In this document: positions 9,965-18,673 of the stretch, piece after piece
Numbering within the stretch: the first letter of the stretch is position 1
Layout of the letters: each line of letters begins with the position of its first letter
UHGV virus genome: UHGV-0245459
Source: a virus
Length of the DNA: 42,461 nt
Strand: one strand, 5' to 3'
Program-made: the position numbers and the translations under genes
Notes under the pieces: model-generated
What the model saw: the letters and a program-made list of their open reading frames with translations, nothing else
Database searches by the model: none
Told to the model about the DNA's origin: nothing

Positions 9965-10282
9965 TCACCCTAATGCAGATTTTTTGCCCAGCGTCATGTC
10001 CTTCTGATCCACTCCGCCGGCGCCAGTCAGCATGGTTTGGCCGCCTGATAACAGGTCATTGGTGTTGTCGCCGAGAATTTTGGACAGATCGGCGGTCTTC
10101 TGATTCTGCATACGCATTTGCTCACGCTGTTGTTCCGCCTGTTTCTCAGCGTTGCGCTTGGCCTCCTCTGTTGCGTCCTTCTGAGCTGAGGCAGTCCGTC
10201 GAGCGGCTCGGCTCTGTGAGTGAGAAGTGAGTGCAGCAGACCCAGCCATGAGAAGGCCATAGCCCAGCATTTCCATACCCAT
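9965..10282 (-). CDS. Small virion/assembly protein upstream of portal
   Basis: 105 aa; ends TMLTGAGGV...LGKKSALG, typical of the gene preceding the portal in this phage group. Confidence 0.6.
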   Translation of the reverse strand: MGMEMLGYGLLMAGSAALTSHSQSRAARRTASAQKDATEEAKRNAEKQAEQQREQMRMQNQKTADLSKILGDNTNDLLSGGQTMLTGAGGVDQKDMTLGKKSALG

Positions 10283-10284
10283 GA

Positions 10285-10728
10285 TTAATCCTCCAGTGAT
10301 TTGTAATAGGTGACATCCGAGCGCTGGAATAACCTGTCAAAGAGTTGCTCCGTTCTGGATCCAGCGGGGGCTGAAAATCGAATACCTGATGCGCCAAACT
10401 CCCGCGCCATTTTTATTGCGTGTCTCAGAAATTGCAGGCCGTGCCCACGGTGTTCAGGCTCTAAGTAAAGCGTGTCCACGTTAGCCACGTCTTTAGAGTT
10501 GTGTAAGGAAGGACATATGACTAAAGCCATGATCCCTACTAGCTGACCCTCGCTCACGGCTCGAGCGCAAAAAAGCAAACCGTTCCTAGCCAAGAACGAG
10601 TATTTGTCCTTGTCCACAATGCCCTTGAGGTTGATGTGTCCGGCCTCCTGTCTGTAGTGCAGGCACACATCCTCATACCGAGGGTCATTGAATAAGTCTG
10701 AGAGCGTACAGGTTTCGATCTTCATCAT
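10285..10728 (-). CDS. GNAT-family acetyltransferase
   Basis: 147 aa; LYLEPEHRGHG acetyl-CoA binding motif A. Confidence 0.75.
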   Translation of the reverse strand: MMKIETCTLSDLFNDPRYEDVCLHYRQEAGHINLKGIVDKDKYSFLARNGLLFCARAVSEGQLVGIMALVICPSLHNSKDVANVDTLYLEPEHRGHGLQFLRHAIKMAREFGASGIRFSAPAGSRTEQLFDRLFQRSDVTYYKSLED

Positions 10729-10734
10729 GTCCCG

Positions 10735-10766
10735 ATTGTCGAGCCTGTACGCAGATTGATGCGCAC
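10735..10766 (-). promoter_or_regulatory. Putative late promoter, copy 3
   Basis: GTGCGCAT (10766-10759), 18 nt, GACAAT (10740-10735). Confidence 0.65.
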
Positions 10767-10771
10767 ACCCT

Positions 10772-12277
10772 CTACGCGTATGGATCGCGTATGCCCTTAT
10801 GACGGTTCACCCGCTGTTGTCTCCAGCCGTCGTCCTCTATGTACTCTTGAATGGGGATAGCGAAACACAATGCCAGAGCGTCTGCCGTGTCTGGAGAGTT
10901 CATGCCGCGGCGTTTCATGCTGTCCTTACTCTCGAGCAATAACCGGCCCTTTTGGTCGATAAGCTTTTCAGGTATGCAAAGGTCCTCAGCCAGCTCCTCC
11001 GACTTTGGGATCACTCCGTCATCGCGGATAAAGTCTCTCATCTTGTCCCACATCTCGGCTCTTTTGTTTGCCCAGCGCTGGGGATTGGTTGACTGGCTCG
11101 CACTGATGACCTTGTTGAGGTGCTGCACCTTGTCCTTTAACCAGTCATAAGGGCTGGCCCCTACACCTGTGTAGTCCAGATTGATGTACACACGAGGAAT
11201 GCCCTTCTGCTTCAATTCGTTCGCATACATGAGCACCTGCATACCGAGCTGAGGGCCGTCCAGGCCGCGAAAGACTTTAAGCGGCATAGTGCAATCACGA
11301 CCAATTTTAGTAGCGATTGCCGAGCGGTCATCACCTTCTCTGGCCACGTCCACGCCGAGGATTGCAACGGTTCTGGAGTAGTTGACCTGTCCCACGTCTC
11401 GATTCATAGCCGCGTCCACGTCCTCACGGTTAATGAATTGCTTAGCTGAGGCGCTGGGGAATACGCCTCTCACGCGGACCTTCACGAAGTCGCTGTCCTC
11501 TCCGTAATCGTCCACGTACTCTTGCAACTGCTCCTTGTTCGTGATTTTCACTGTGCGGCTGTCAATGTTGTACGTGATCCAACGGTGGCGGCTCTTGTGG
11601 AATGCATCGAAGAATGGGCCATCTGGGCGCGTGGGGTTTCCGAAAATGCACCAGATAATCTGCGTGTCTTTATCGGTTAATGCGCCCTTGGTCACCTCGT
11701 AAATCTTTTGAGCGATAACTGATGCTTCATCGAATAAAACAAGGATCCGCTTGCCCTGATTATGGAGGCCTTGGAATGCATCGGTGTTGTTCTCGTTCCA
11801 CGGGATAGCGTCGATTCTCCAGGTGTATTTGTGCCCTGGCTGAGTTGAAAAAATGGATTCAGCGGCCACCTCGAACCAATCACGGAAAAGGCAAAGGTGG
11901 TGCCACTTGTGCAACTCCGACCATGTTTTGGTTATGAGCTGGTTCTTGGTCTCAGCCGTGACCACACCTTTCATGTCCGGATATGTGCAGATGGACCACA
12001 ACATAATCCAGGCCACAAAAGCGGTCTTCCCTATGCCGTGCCCTGATGCCACAGCAATTTGAATCGCCTTATGCCGCGTTTCCCCGTTCTTGAGCCGGTC
12101 CCTAATGTCACAAAGAATCTTCTGCTGCCACACGTCCGGGCCTTCATAATTTGCTAGCTCCCCGTGTCCCCATCTAAAACACTTTTGGACGAAAAGGAGC
12201 GGATCATTCGTGCAAGCTATCGCCAGGCGCCTCAGGCCCATTTCAAAATTCGCGGCCTCTTCATTCATCTTTGACAT
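10772..12277 (-). CDS. terL: Terminase large subunit
   Basis: Walker A SGHGIGKT, Walker B LFDEAS, GNPT, nuclease GVDVAREGDD and SPDTADALAL. Confidence 0.95.
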   Translation of the reverse strand: MSKMNEEAANFEMGLRRLAIACTNDPLLFVQKCFRWGHGELANYEGPDVWQQKILCDIRDRLKNGETRHKAIQIAVASGHGIGKTAFVAWIMLWSICTYPDMKGVVTAETKNQLITKTWSELHKWHHLCLFRDWFEVAAESIFSTQPGHKYTWRIDAIPWNENNTDAFQGLHNQGKRILVLFDEASVIAQKIYEVTKGALTDKDTQIIWCIFGNPTRPDGPFFDAFHKSRHRWITYNIDSRTVKITNKEQLQEYVDDYGEDSDFVKVRVRGVFPSASAKQFINREDVDAAMNRDVGQVNYSRTVAILGVDVAREGDDRSAIATKIGRDCTMPLKVFRGLDGPQLGMQVLMYANELKQKGIPRVYINLDYTGVGASPYDWLKDKVQHLNKVISASQSTNPQRWANKRAEMWDKMRDFIRDDGVIPKSEELAEDLCIPEKLIDQKGRLLLESKDSMKRRGMNSPDTADALALCFAIPIQEYIEDDGWRQQRVNRHKGIRDPYA

Positions 12278-12752
12278 CTTTCAGCACCTCATTGAGCCAG
12301 GTTGAACGATCAGCCACATTCACATCTATCTGCTTGCGCTCAATGAACTTGCCTCTCAGTCTGCAAATTGTTGTGAGCGCCTGGTTTGCTCCTTTGCTAT
12401 CGAACATAAAAACATAGTTCCCGTCCTGGTCTTTCATCTTCTCTCCAAAGGGCGTGTAAACCTGTTTAGGTTCTGAGCACATCTTGAGGATCTTGATCGC
12501 TTGTTTCAGCTCGAAGTCTTCCTCAAGCTGGAGCCGCTCATTCCGCTGTTTTTGGCGTTCCTCTATTGCACGGGAAACCTTACCATTTCTTAGCAACTTG
12601 CTCGCTTGTACTGCAGCTGAATCGTCATCCTTTGCCTTATAACCTGCGCTCTTGTAGGCCTGAGTTGCATTGCCTCCGTTCTTCAGATATTCGGATACAA
12701 ACAGGGCTTGCTTCTGCGTCAGGCCGTCAATAATTGAATCTGTGTTAGCCAT
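12261..12752 (-). CDS. terS: Terminase small subunit
   Basis: LTQKQALFVSEYL..GNATQAYKSAGY...ASKLL motif; overlaps terL start. Confidence 0.9.
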   Translation of the reverse strand: MANTDSIIDGLTQKQALFVSEYLKNGGNATQAYKSAGYKAKDDDSAAVQASKLLRNGKVSRAIEERQKQRNERLQLEEDFELKQAIKILKMCSEPKQVYTPFGEKMKDQDGNYVFMFDSKGANQALTTICRLRGKFIERKQIDVNVADRSTWLNEVLKDVKDE

Positions 12753-12774
12753 ACAAACCCCCTATTCTGTTTTT

Positions 12775-12806
12775 AGTTTGGAGTAGTTCCGGTGAGACAT
12801 GCGCAC
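12775..12806 (-). promoter_or_regulatory. Putative late promoter, copy 4 (packaging operon)
   Basis: GTGCGCAT (12806-12799), 18 nt, CAAACT (12780-12775). Confidence 0.65.
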
Positions 12807-12808
12807 TG

Positions 12809-13225
12809 TCATTTGAACTTAGTTGGAATAACTGCACGCCTTTTGCCTGAGAAAATGTCACGTAAAGTGCGTATTGGAATGTCCATCTTTTGAGAGATTT
12901 CACGCAAAGAAAGGCCCGCTAAGCGAAGATCAAAACAGTGGATAAGGTCCTGGTCTGAATACTTCGCTTTAGGGCTGGACACTCCGACACGTACTGATGC
13001 GTCCGAGAGAAGTACGGTTGACGGATCAACACCGAGCTCGGAAAAACTCTGGATATTGGCTCTTAACTCGGTCAATCGTTCTCGATATGCGCAGATCTCG
13101 TTGTACCGCTGTTTCTCCTTCTCTAAGTCCGACAGCCTCGATAAGTCGGTTTTGGGCTTCGATTGGAAGCAGAGAGTGGTATCGGTATGCCCGAACAAGT
13201 CGGCCTGGATCTCGTTTTTCTTCAT
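12809..13225 (-). CDS. HTH DNA-binding protein, candidate late activator
   Basis: C-terminal HTH AGLSLREISQKMDIPIRTLRDIFSGKRR; last early gene before terS. Confidence 0.6.
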   Translation of the reverse strand: MKKNEIQADLFGHTDTTLCFQSKPKTDLSRLSDLEKEKQRYNEICAYRERLTELRANIQSFSELGVDPSTVLLSDASVRVGVSSPKAKYSDQDLIHCFDLRLAGLSLREISQKMDIPIRTLRDIFSGKRRAVIPTKFK

Positions 13226-13232
13226 TCATCAT
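13026..13232 (-). CDS. Small hypothetical protein overlapping the HTH gene in another frame
   Basis: 68 aa from ATG 13232, RBS GGAGG, ATGA overlap with the upstream resolvase stop. Confidence 0.5.
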   Translation of the reverse strand: MMNEEKRDPGRLVRAYRYHSLLPIEAQNRLIEAVGLREGETAVQRDLRISRTIDRVKSQYPEFFRARC

Positions 13233-13564
13233 TTCCCTCCTGTGGCTGCTATCTCTTCGCGTATGAGGCGGAATAGTTCTTCTATGGGCACAATGGCCAG
13301 CCATTCTTTACGGTCTGCTCGGCAAACAACAATGGGGCGTTCTCCCGGATCACATCCGTTGCTGGCCTGATCCATCCATTCATAGATATTTCCGATTGCG
13401 GCCCGTCTTTTGACTTCAATCGAGTAGGGATTGAGCTTGATGTCCGCTCCTCCGTCGCGGGTTTGGGAGAGGTTGCGGTGTACCTGTATGCCCAGGTGTT
13501 GGAATATGAGATCGCAGATTTCGCGCTCTCCAGCAGCGCCTTTAGTTCTCTGTGCTTTTCCCAT
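13229..13564 (-). CDS. PD-(D/E)XK nuclease, Holliday junction resolvase-like
   Basis: MGKAQRTKGAAGERE...GGADI...IEVKR; likely start ATG 13564 (RBS GGAG). Confidence 0.75.
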   Translation of the reverse strand: MGKAQRTKGAAGEREICDLIFQHLGIQVHRNLSQTRDGGADIKLNPYSIEVKRRAAIGNIYEWMDQASNGCDPGERPIVVCRADRKEWLAIVPIEELFRLIREEIAATGGK

Positions 13565-13602
13565 TCTTTTCTCCATTGGTTGAATGTTGTTTAAACAGCC
13601 GT

Positions 13603-13878
13603 CTAGCGTCTCTGAGCGATTAACTCAGCATGGACGCGGTATCTATCAAATTGCGAGAAAAATGCTCTCCTGCGTTCAATACGCTCGTCTGTGTCACGTT
13701 CAAAAACGGAACACCTTGTGAACGAGATCGGGTAGCACTCGATGCTGGCGCCTTTATCCGGGTGGTGGCAGAAGATGTTCATGTCTCCGAAAGAAGACTT
13801 AGGCGGGCGCCGAATGTTTCCTGCTGGATCGATCCAGTAGCTCTCGGCGAACTTGCAGTACAGGCAGCACCCGCTCAT
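13603..13878 (-). CDS. Cys-rich hypothetical protein
   Basis: 91 aa, CCLYCKF...FCHH...C; ATGA overlap with the upstream gene. Confidence 0.55.
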   Translation of the reverse strand: MSGCCLYCKFAESYWIDPAGNIRRPPKSSFGDMNIFCHHPDKGASIECYPISFTRCSVFERDTDERIERRRAFFSQFDRYRVHAELIAQRR

Positions 13879-14129
13879 TCAGACTTCCTCCCGAAAGCGA
13901 AAATAAAATCCAGAGCAACAACTATTGCCAGTAATGTCAGGCTGTAATCGAGATTCGATCCCGAGTGAGCAAACCAGGCAAAGTCAAGAAGACTGAGAAC
14001 GCCTCCCGAAAAACCTAGGAGAGTGAAAAATCTGAGACCATCAAAACGCATGCCATTACCTGTCAAAAAAGCACCAACAAAGGAACCGCCGATTAAGTAC
14101 AAAAAAACACAAAGAAACCCGTTATTCAT
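13875..14129 (-). CDS. Small membrane protein
   Basis: 84 aa, about three hydrophobic segments; overlapping operon structure. Confidence 0.55.
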   Translation of the reverse strand: MNNGFLCVFLYLIGGSFVGAFLTGNGMRFDGLRFFTLLGFSGGVLSLLDFAWFAHSGSNLDYSLTLLAIVVALDFIFAFGRKSE

Positions 14130-14247
14130 TTTTCTTCTCCTGGCTGAACTGGAAAGCCGCTCTCACGAGCAACCCGAAGAGCACCAGGTTGATAAACACG
14201 ACCGGCGCCAGGATGATCATCAGCAGTGTCCATGCAGAATCAGACAT
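14122..14247 (-). CDS. Small single-TM protein (41 aa)
   Basis: Manual translation MSDSAWTLLMIILAPVVFINLVLFGLLVRAAFQFSQEKKNE; RBS GGAGG; overlaps both neighbours. Confidence 0.55.
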   Translation of the reverse strand: MSDSAWTLLMIILAPVVFINLVLFGLLVRAAFQFSQEKKNE

Positions 14248-14887
14248 GACTTCCTCCATACAAGTAGGCCTCATCTTCTTGCTGTCGTTGGATGGCTTTC
14301 TGCTTGAGCTGTTTCACAAAGGCCGAGAGCGGTGAAACCTGATCCAAAGACTTCCCTCTCATGCTCTCCTCTGAGTTTTCAATCATGTAGGGTTTGACTA
14401 CTTGGCTACGCACCCATCTCTTGATCCGGTTTCCCAAGTCGTAAGCTGATTCATCCCGGAACTTCTGCTTGCCTTCGATAGGAATACAGGGAATGTTTGT
14501 CTGGGGAGCCAGCTCAGGAATGCCGATTGCCTGGAAATACTCAGTGAGGTTCTGAATGACATGCGGGTGATTAGACGTGGAGTTGTAATCGTCAATCAGT
14601 CGCCAGTCGCGCAAAAGTCTTTCTGCAAGATTGATGAGGTCTTGATACTGGATAAGGCCGGAAGTAACCTGCGGAAAATATCTGCCTTGAACGCCTTCGT
14701 GGAATTCACAAACGGTGATGCCTTGGGTCAGTTGGCCGCAAAAGACTGTGCACGGACAGCCATTGGCCCTGCAGGGTTGTTCAAAAACCTTCGTTGACTG
14801 CTGTCTTTGAGTTTTCCTGGATTCCGAGCTGCTGTCGAAGTCCACATCTCTCATGCTGTAGTTATTTGACATGGTATTTCCCCTCAA
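14240..14887 (-). CDS. Hypothetical protein following the replication initiator
   Basis: 215 aa (start may be ATG 14872); CxxxxC...CxxH cluster; occupies the lambda P position but is not recognisable as a helicase loader. Confidence 0.5.
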   Translation of the reverse strand: MRGNTMSNNYSMRDVDFDSSSESRKTQRQQSTKVFEQPCRANGCPCTVFCGQLTQGITVCEFHEGVQGRYFPQVTSGLIQYQDLINLAERLLRDWRLIDDYNSTSNHPHVIQNLTEYFQAIGIPELAPQTNIPCIPIEGKQKFRDESAYDLGNRIKRWVRSQVVKPYMIENSEESMRGKSLDQVSPLSAFVKQLKQKAIQRQQEDEAYLYGGSHV

Positions 14888-15704
14888 TGATTTTCGTTAG
14901 GTTTTTCGGTTTGATGATCCATTCCAAGTCCGGCCTCCAGGTGTGGCCTTCCTTTTGCGGTGTTTCACCTGTGAGGAATTGCGAGCGCCTGATGTATCCA
15001 AACAATCTCTTAAACCAGCCAAGGCCTTCCTCTTCGGACTGATACCCCTTGTCATTGACGAGCGTTCTCCAGCGAGCAGCTAACGTTTTTCTTCTATCCT
15101 CTGACCAGATCCGGACTGTCGGCAGCATTGGCAGACATTCGTGGTACAAGGCGATGATTTTTTCGTGCGGACAACGGGAGCCGATTTGTACCGATCGCTG
15201 TTCCGGAGTGAGCTCTTCTTTTGGTTCGGTGAGGTTGAATTCCTCACTCTCACTCACGGCATTTTTCTGAGCGTCTGGAGAGCCGTCCTCGGCTCTACTG
15301 ACAAATAAAGTATTAGGTTCATTAATAGGTTCACTTATAGGTTCGTGGTTCACTGTTGAACTAGGGGTCGGTTCAGTACTGAACCTGGTAGTAGTGCAGT
15401 GCTGAACGTGGTTCACTGCTGAACTAGGTTCACTATTGAACGTGGTTCGGTTTTGAACTAGGTAGCGATTGGATATGCCTTTTCCTCTGACAATTTCAAT
15501 CAGACCTCTGGAGACAAGACTGTCCAACTTAGAAGAAAGGGTCTTGTTGTTCTTAATACAAGCCTTTCTCATTAAAGTTTCACGGGACGGGTTGCACTGC
15601 CTGGTTTTATCATTCAGGAAATCAGAAAGGATCACCAGAAGTAATTTCTCCTTCGGGTCGTCAATGTCTTGGTTGATGGCCCATTTGATAGCGTCAAAGC
15701 TCAT
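14862..15704 (-). CDS. Replication initiator (lambda O-like, N-terminal HTH)
   Basis: KLLLVILSD...CNPSRETL HTH, central repeat linker, C-terminal W.PDLEWI....KIIEGKY. Confidence 0.85.
   Translation of the reverse strand: MSFDAIKWAINQDIDDPKEKLLLVILSDFLNDKTRQCNPSRETLMRKACIKNNKTLSSKLDSLVSRGLIEIVRGKGISNRYLVQNRTTFNSEPSSAVNHVQHCTTTRFSTEPTPSSTVNHEPISEPINEPNTLFVSRAEDGSPDAQKNAVSESEEFNLTEPKEELTPEQRSVQIGSRCPHEKIIALYHECLPMLPTVRIWSEDRRKTLAARWRTLVNDKGYQSEEEGLGWFKRLFGYIRRSQFLTGETPQKEGHTWRPDLEWIIKPKNLTKIIEGKYHVK
15314..15460. repeat. Replication origin iterons inside the initiator gene
   Basis: Six 17-bp units GGTTCA-N3-TGAAC-NN at 15347, 15370, 15393, 15410, 15427, 15444, plus three TAGGTTC repeats at 12-bp spacing from 15314. 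Confidence 0.8.
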
Positions 15705-15957
15705 TTCGTTCCCCCTTTAGTCGGGAACTCTGAGGTACTTCAGAATTACTTTCCTTTTCCTTGTCAGCTACAAGCCGCGTCCATAAACTGAACTTGTATT
15801 CTTCACGTTGGAAGAAATCCTGAAGGAGACAAAGCAAGAGCTCGTTTGAATGCAAGTTCTCTGCTATGCAAACTGCGTCGAGCTTTGCTTTCATCTCTTT
15901 GGTAACGGCGCACTTGACCACAATGTCACCACGCCGATTTTCAGGATGTAGGAACAT
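15694..15957 (-). CDS. Small regulator in the CII position (ribbon-helix-helix-like)
   Basis: 87 aa between cro and the initiator; TAATG coupling; VVKCAVTKEMKAKLDAVC. Confidence 0.5.
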   Translation of the reverse strand: MFLHPENRRGDIVVKCAVTKEMKAKLDAVCIAENLHSNELLLCLLQDFFQREEYKFSLWTRLVADKEKESNSEVPQSSRLKGERNEL

Positions 15958-16145
15958 TATTTGAACAACTCAGGAGCTAACTCTTCACGGGGGACACCAG
16001 TGATTTCAGAAACTTGCTTCACACGTTTGAGCGGGACTACGACCCACTGCTGGATGGACTGCTGGCTGATGCCGAGCTTCCTGGCCAAAGCACTCTGGCC
16101 GCCCGCTTTCTTAATGGCCTTCTTTAAGGCAGTTTTAGCGCTCAT
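15957..16145 (-). CDS. cro: Cro-like repressor
   Basis: AGGQSALARKLGISQQSIQQW...TGVPREELAPELF; divergent from cI. Confidence 0.9.
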   Translation of the reverse strand: MSAKTALKKAIKKAGGQSALARKLGISQQSIQQWVVVPLKRVKQVSEITGVPREELAPELFK

Positions 16146-16174
16146 TTAAAAACCTCTTTAAAAAGTTACAGTTA

Positions 16175-16251
16175 ATTCTACAAGTATTGCTTAATCATTA
16201 CAAGCATTAACTGTATTGTCCGATAAATTCGCCCTACAGGGAAAACTTGTA
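16175..16251. promoter_or_regulatory. OR operators and cro promoter
   Basis: 17-bp TACAG-N6-CTTGTA sites at 16199-16215 (reverse) and 16235-16251; minus-strand TTGTAA-17-TAGAAT (16203-16175). Confidence 0.7.
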
Positions 16252-16275
16252 GAATTAGCTTTGAAGGAGCCTCTT

Positions 16276-16956
16276 ATGAATAAAGAACAAATAGCCTCCA
16301 ACATCGCTGAGGCAAGAAAACGTTCTGGGTTGAATCAAAGTGAATTAGCCAGAAGACTAGGTATCACGCCCCAATCCGTGCAACAGTGGGAAAAAGGCAC
16401 GGCCACGCCGAAGATTGATCGGCTGGCGGCTATTGCTCAGATCCTTGGTGTGTCATTAGAAAGTTTGACTGGTCAGGAGCCCATACCCGTTGCCAAAGAA
16501 GAGACTGTTGAATCTGAGCAAGACGACACAATTAAAATTCCGAGGTTCAATGCAACCGCCTCAATGGGCGCGGGGGACGTTGTTTATCCAGACGAGGATC
16601 AGGTGGTAGAGCACCTCTCAATCCGCAAAAGCTGGCTTAGACAGCATGTATCCTGCTCTTCTTTCAATAAGCTGGAAGTCATTACAGGCCGCGGTGATTC
16701 AATGGTGCCCACGTTCGAGAATGGAGACATTCTTCTAGTTGATACAGGCATTGAGAAGATCACCAGTGATGCCATTTACGCTCTCAACATTGGCGGGGAG
16801 CTTTTCGTTAAGCGTATCCAACGGAATGTTGATGGCGGCCTGATCGTCATCTCCGACAATAAGGACTACGAAAAGATGTACATCCCGAAAGAGGAACTTG
16901 ATTCCGTCCGAGTGATTGGAAAGATCGTTTTTGCATGGACCGCAAGTAGGCTCTAA
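16276..16956 (+). CDS. cI: CI-like repressor (HTH plus S24 peptidase)
   Basis: Start ATG 16276 (RBS AAGGAG); HTH QSELARRLGITPQSVQQWE, cleavage region ASMG, GDSMVP, FVKR. Confidence 0.93.
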   Translation: MNKEQIASNIAEARKRSGLNQSELARRLGITPQSVQQWEKGTATPKIDRLAAIAQILGVSLESLTGQEPIPVAKEETVESEQDDTIKIPRFNATASMGAGDVVYPDEDQVVEHLSIRKSWLRQHVSCSSFNKLEVITGRGDSMVPTFENGDILLVDTGIEKITSDAIYALNIGGELFVKRIQRNVDGGLIVISDNKDYEKMYIPKEELDSVRVIGKIVFAWTASRL

Positions 16957-18143
16957 TGAAACCAGAAGCCCTGTTGCTAATTGGAGCGCTCGCTTATATT
17001 TTCATTTTGTTGTTCTTGCGCTCCAGCATCGTGAGCCAAAGAGAGCACAACGAATGGACTTTAAACAAAAACGAGGCAACCCTTGAAAAAAATAAGGAAA
17101 CTCTGAAGGAGATTGAAAATCAGCGGTCGGCCTTGCAAAAGGAACTTAAGAGAAAAGATACTGTCCTTACTGAAATATCATTCCGTTGCAAATATTTCAA
17201 CCAAAATTTTTTAATGGGAAGAAAGTGGCTTGCCGAATTGATGGCGGGATATGAGGAAGCCAAAGATCGCGCGGCAGAGGAATGTTTGCGCTACAAGTCT
17301 AGACCTGCAATAACGGCGGCAAACGAAGTCTCCAAGATCAAAAAAGAGAAGAAGGCCTTACTGAAAGAGAATGTTCTTCTTAAGTCTGAGCTGGAAACTA
17401 TCAAAGAATACTTTCCTATTATTGAAGAGTATGAACAAGAAATCCTGGAGGAGACTAACGGGTTCCTGCCCATGGACCTTACTGATGATTCTGGAGTGGA
17501 CAGGGTTAGGAGATTCATGTCTCCAGAAGAGTACAAAAAACTTCCGACATCGGAGCGTAACCAGCTCGCCCTTGATCGGTTCTTGAAACACACAAGTCAG
17601 AGCTACGTGGGAAAGTTGTTTGAACTGCAACTCGGCTGGGAATACGAGCAAGCAAATTATCTGGTTGAATACACTGGGATCCAGGATAAGAAAAAGGATA
17701 AGGGCCGCGACCTAATCTGCAAAGAGTTTGCAGGTATGGGAGACACCCTTATAGTCCAGGCAAAATGCTGGGCGGCCAAGAAAACCATTTTTGAAAAGCA
17801 CATCTTCCAACTGTTCGGAACAGTCTTTGAATACAAGCGTAAGCATCCAGGAGAAGTTGTCAGGGGAGTTTTTGTGACCACCACAAAACTAGACGACTTC
17901 GCCAGGGAATGTGCAAAAGAGCTGGGAATTGAAGTCGAAGAGAACTACAAACTTAGAAAAGACTTTCCCATGATTAAGTGCAACATCTCTTCTTCTGGAG
18001 AAAAGATCTACCACCTTCCCTTCGATCAACAATATGACAAAGTAAAGATCGACAGGCAAGGAGAATTTCTGGCGCTGACCGTCAAGGAAGCCGAGGCCGC
18101 GGGCTTTAGGAGAGCAATGCGCTGGCACGGCAAGAACAATTAA
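16956..18143 (+). CDS. Membrane-anchored Mrr-like restriction endonuclease domain protein
   Basis: N-terminal TM, coiled coil, FE...DKGRDL...VQAK PD-(D/E)XK core, C-terminal IKCNI...KIYHLP...EAEAAGFRRA domain; TAATG overlap with cI. Confidence 0.75.
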   Translation: MKPEALLLIGALAYIFILLFLRSSIVSQREHNEWTLNKNEATLEKNKETLKEIENQRSALQKELKRKDTVLTEISFRCKYFNQNFLMGRKWLAELMAGYEEAKDRAAEECLRYKSRPAITAANEVSKIKKEKKALLKENVLLKSELETIKEYFPIIEEYEQEILEETNGFLPMDLTDDSGVDRVRRFMSPEEYKKLPTSERNQLALDRFLKHTSQSYVGKLFELQLGWEYEQANYLVEYTGIQDKKKDKGRDLICKEFAGMGDTLIVQAKCWAAKKTIFEKHIFQLFGTVFEYKRKHPGEVVRGVFVTTTKLDDFARECAKELGIEVEENYKLRKDFPMIKCNISSSGEKIYHLPFDQQYDKVKIDRQGEFLALTVKEAEAAGFRRAMRWHGKNN

Positions 18144-18185
18144 ATCTTAACTATTACTATCACTTTCCCTTATTGCAAGAAAGGC

Positions 18186-18260
18186 TACAGTCTTTACTTG
18201 CAATTTTCTTTCAATTGGTTTACAGTTTGTACTTGTAACGAACAAGTAGCTCTTTAAAAT
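18186..18260. promoter_or_regulatory. OL operators and early promoter
   Basis: TACAGtctttaCTTGCA (18186-18202), TACAGtttgtaCTTGTA (18221-18237); TTGTAA...TAAAAT (18233-18260). Confidence 0.7.
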
Positions 18261-18673
18261 GTTTCTTGCAGGTTCGTAATCAAGAAACACTGCTCCTAAA
18301 CACCGAGTAAAGCGAAAGGTGCACGGAGCGACCGGGCGGCAAGTGAATTGCGCCCAAGCAATCCGACTGAAAAGAAGGATGCGGCAGAGAGAAAGCTGAA
18401 AGTATTGTGACGTTAAAGTCGTCAGGTGCAAGTAGGGGCCGTTCAGCAAAGACAGTTCATAAACACAAGCGCCTTCTCTGGCCACTCACACAAAGACGAA
18501 CGATCTTTAACTGGAGGGCGCTTCTATTTGTTAATTGAGCTATTAGAAAAATCCTAATAACTCATTCATAAGCCCCTTCGCATGGTCATGTACTGCTAAT
18601 CGACCAAAAATCGCAAATACAGCGAGGGGGCTTTTGAATGTGGTCTTTTTTACATAGTTTTAAGGAGAGAAAA

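Noticed and set aside
15347..15460. CRISPR array
   Set aside because: 17-bp repeats are contiguous or 6 bp apart with no spacers, lie inside the initiator gene, and there are no cas genes.
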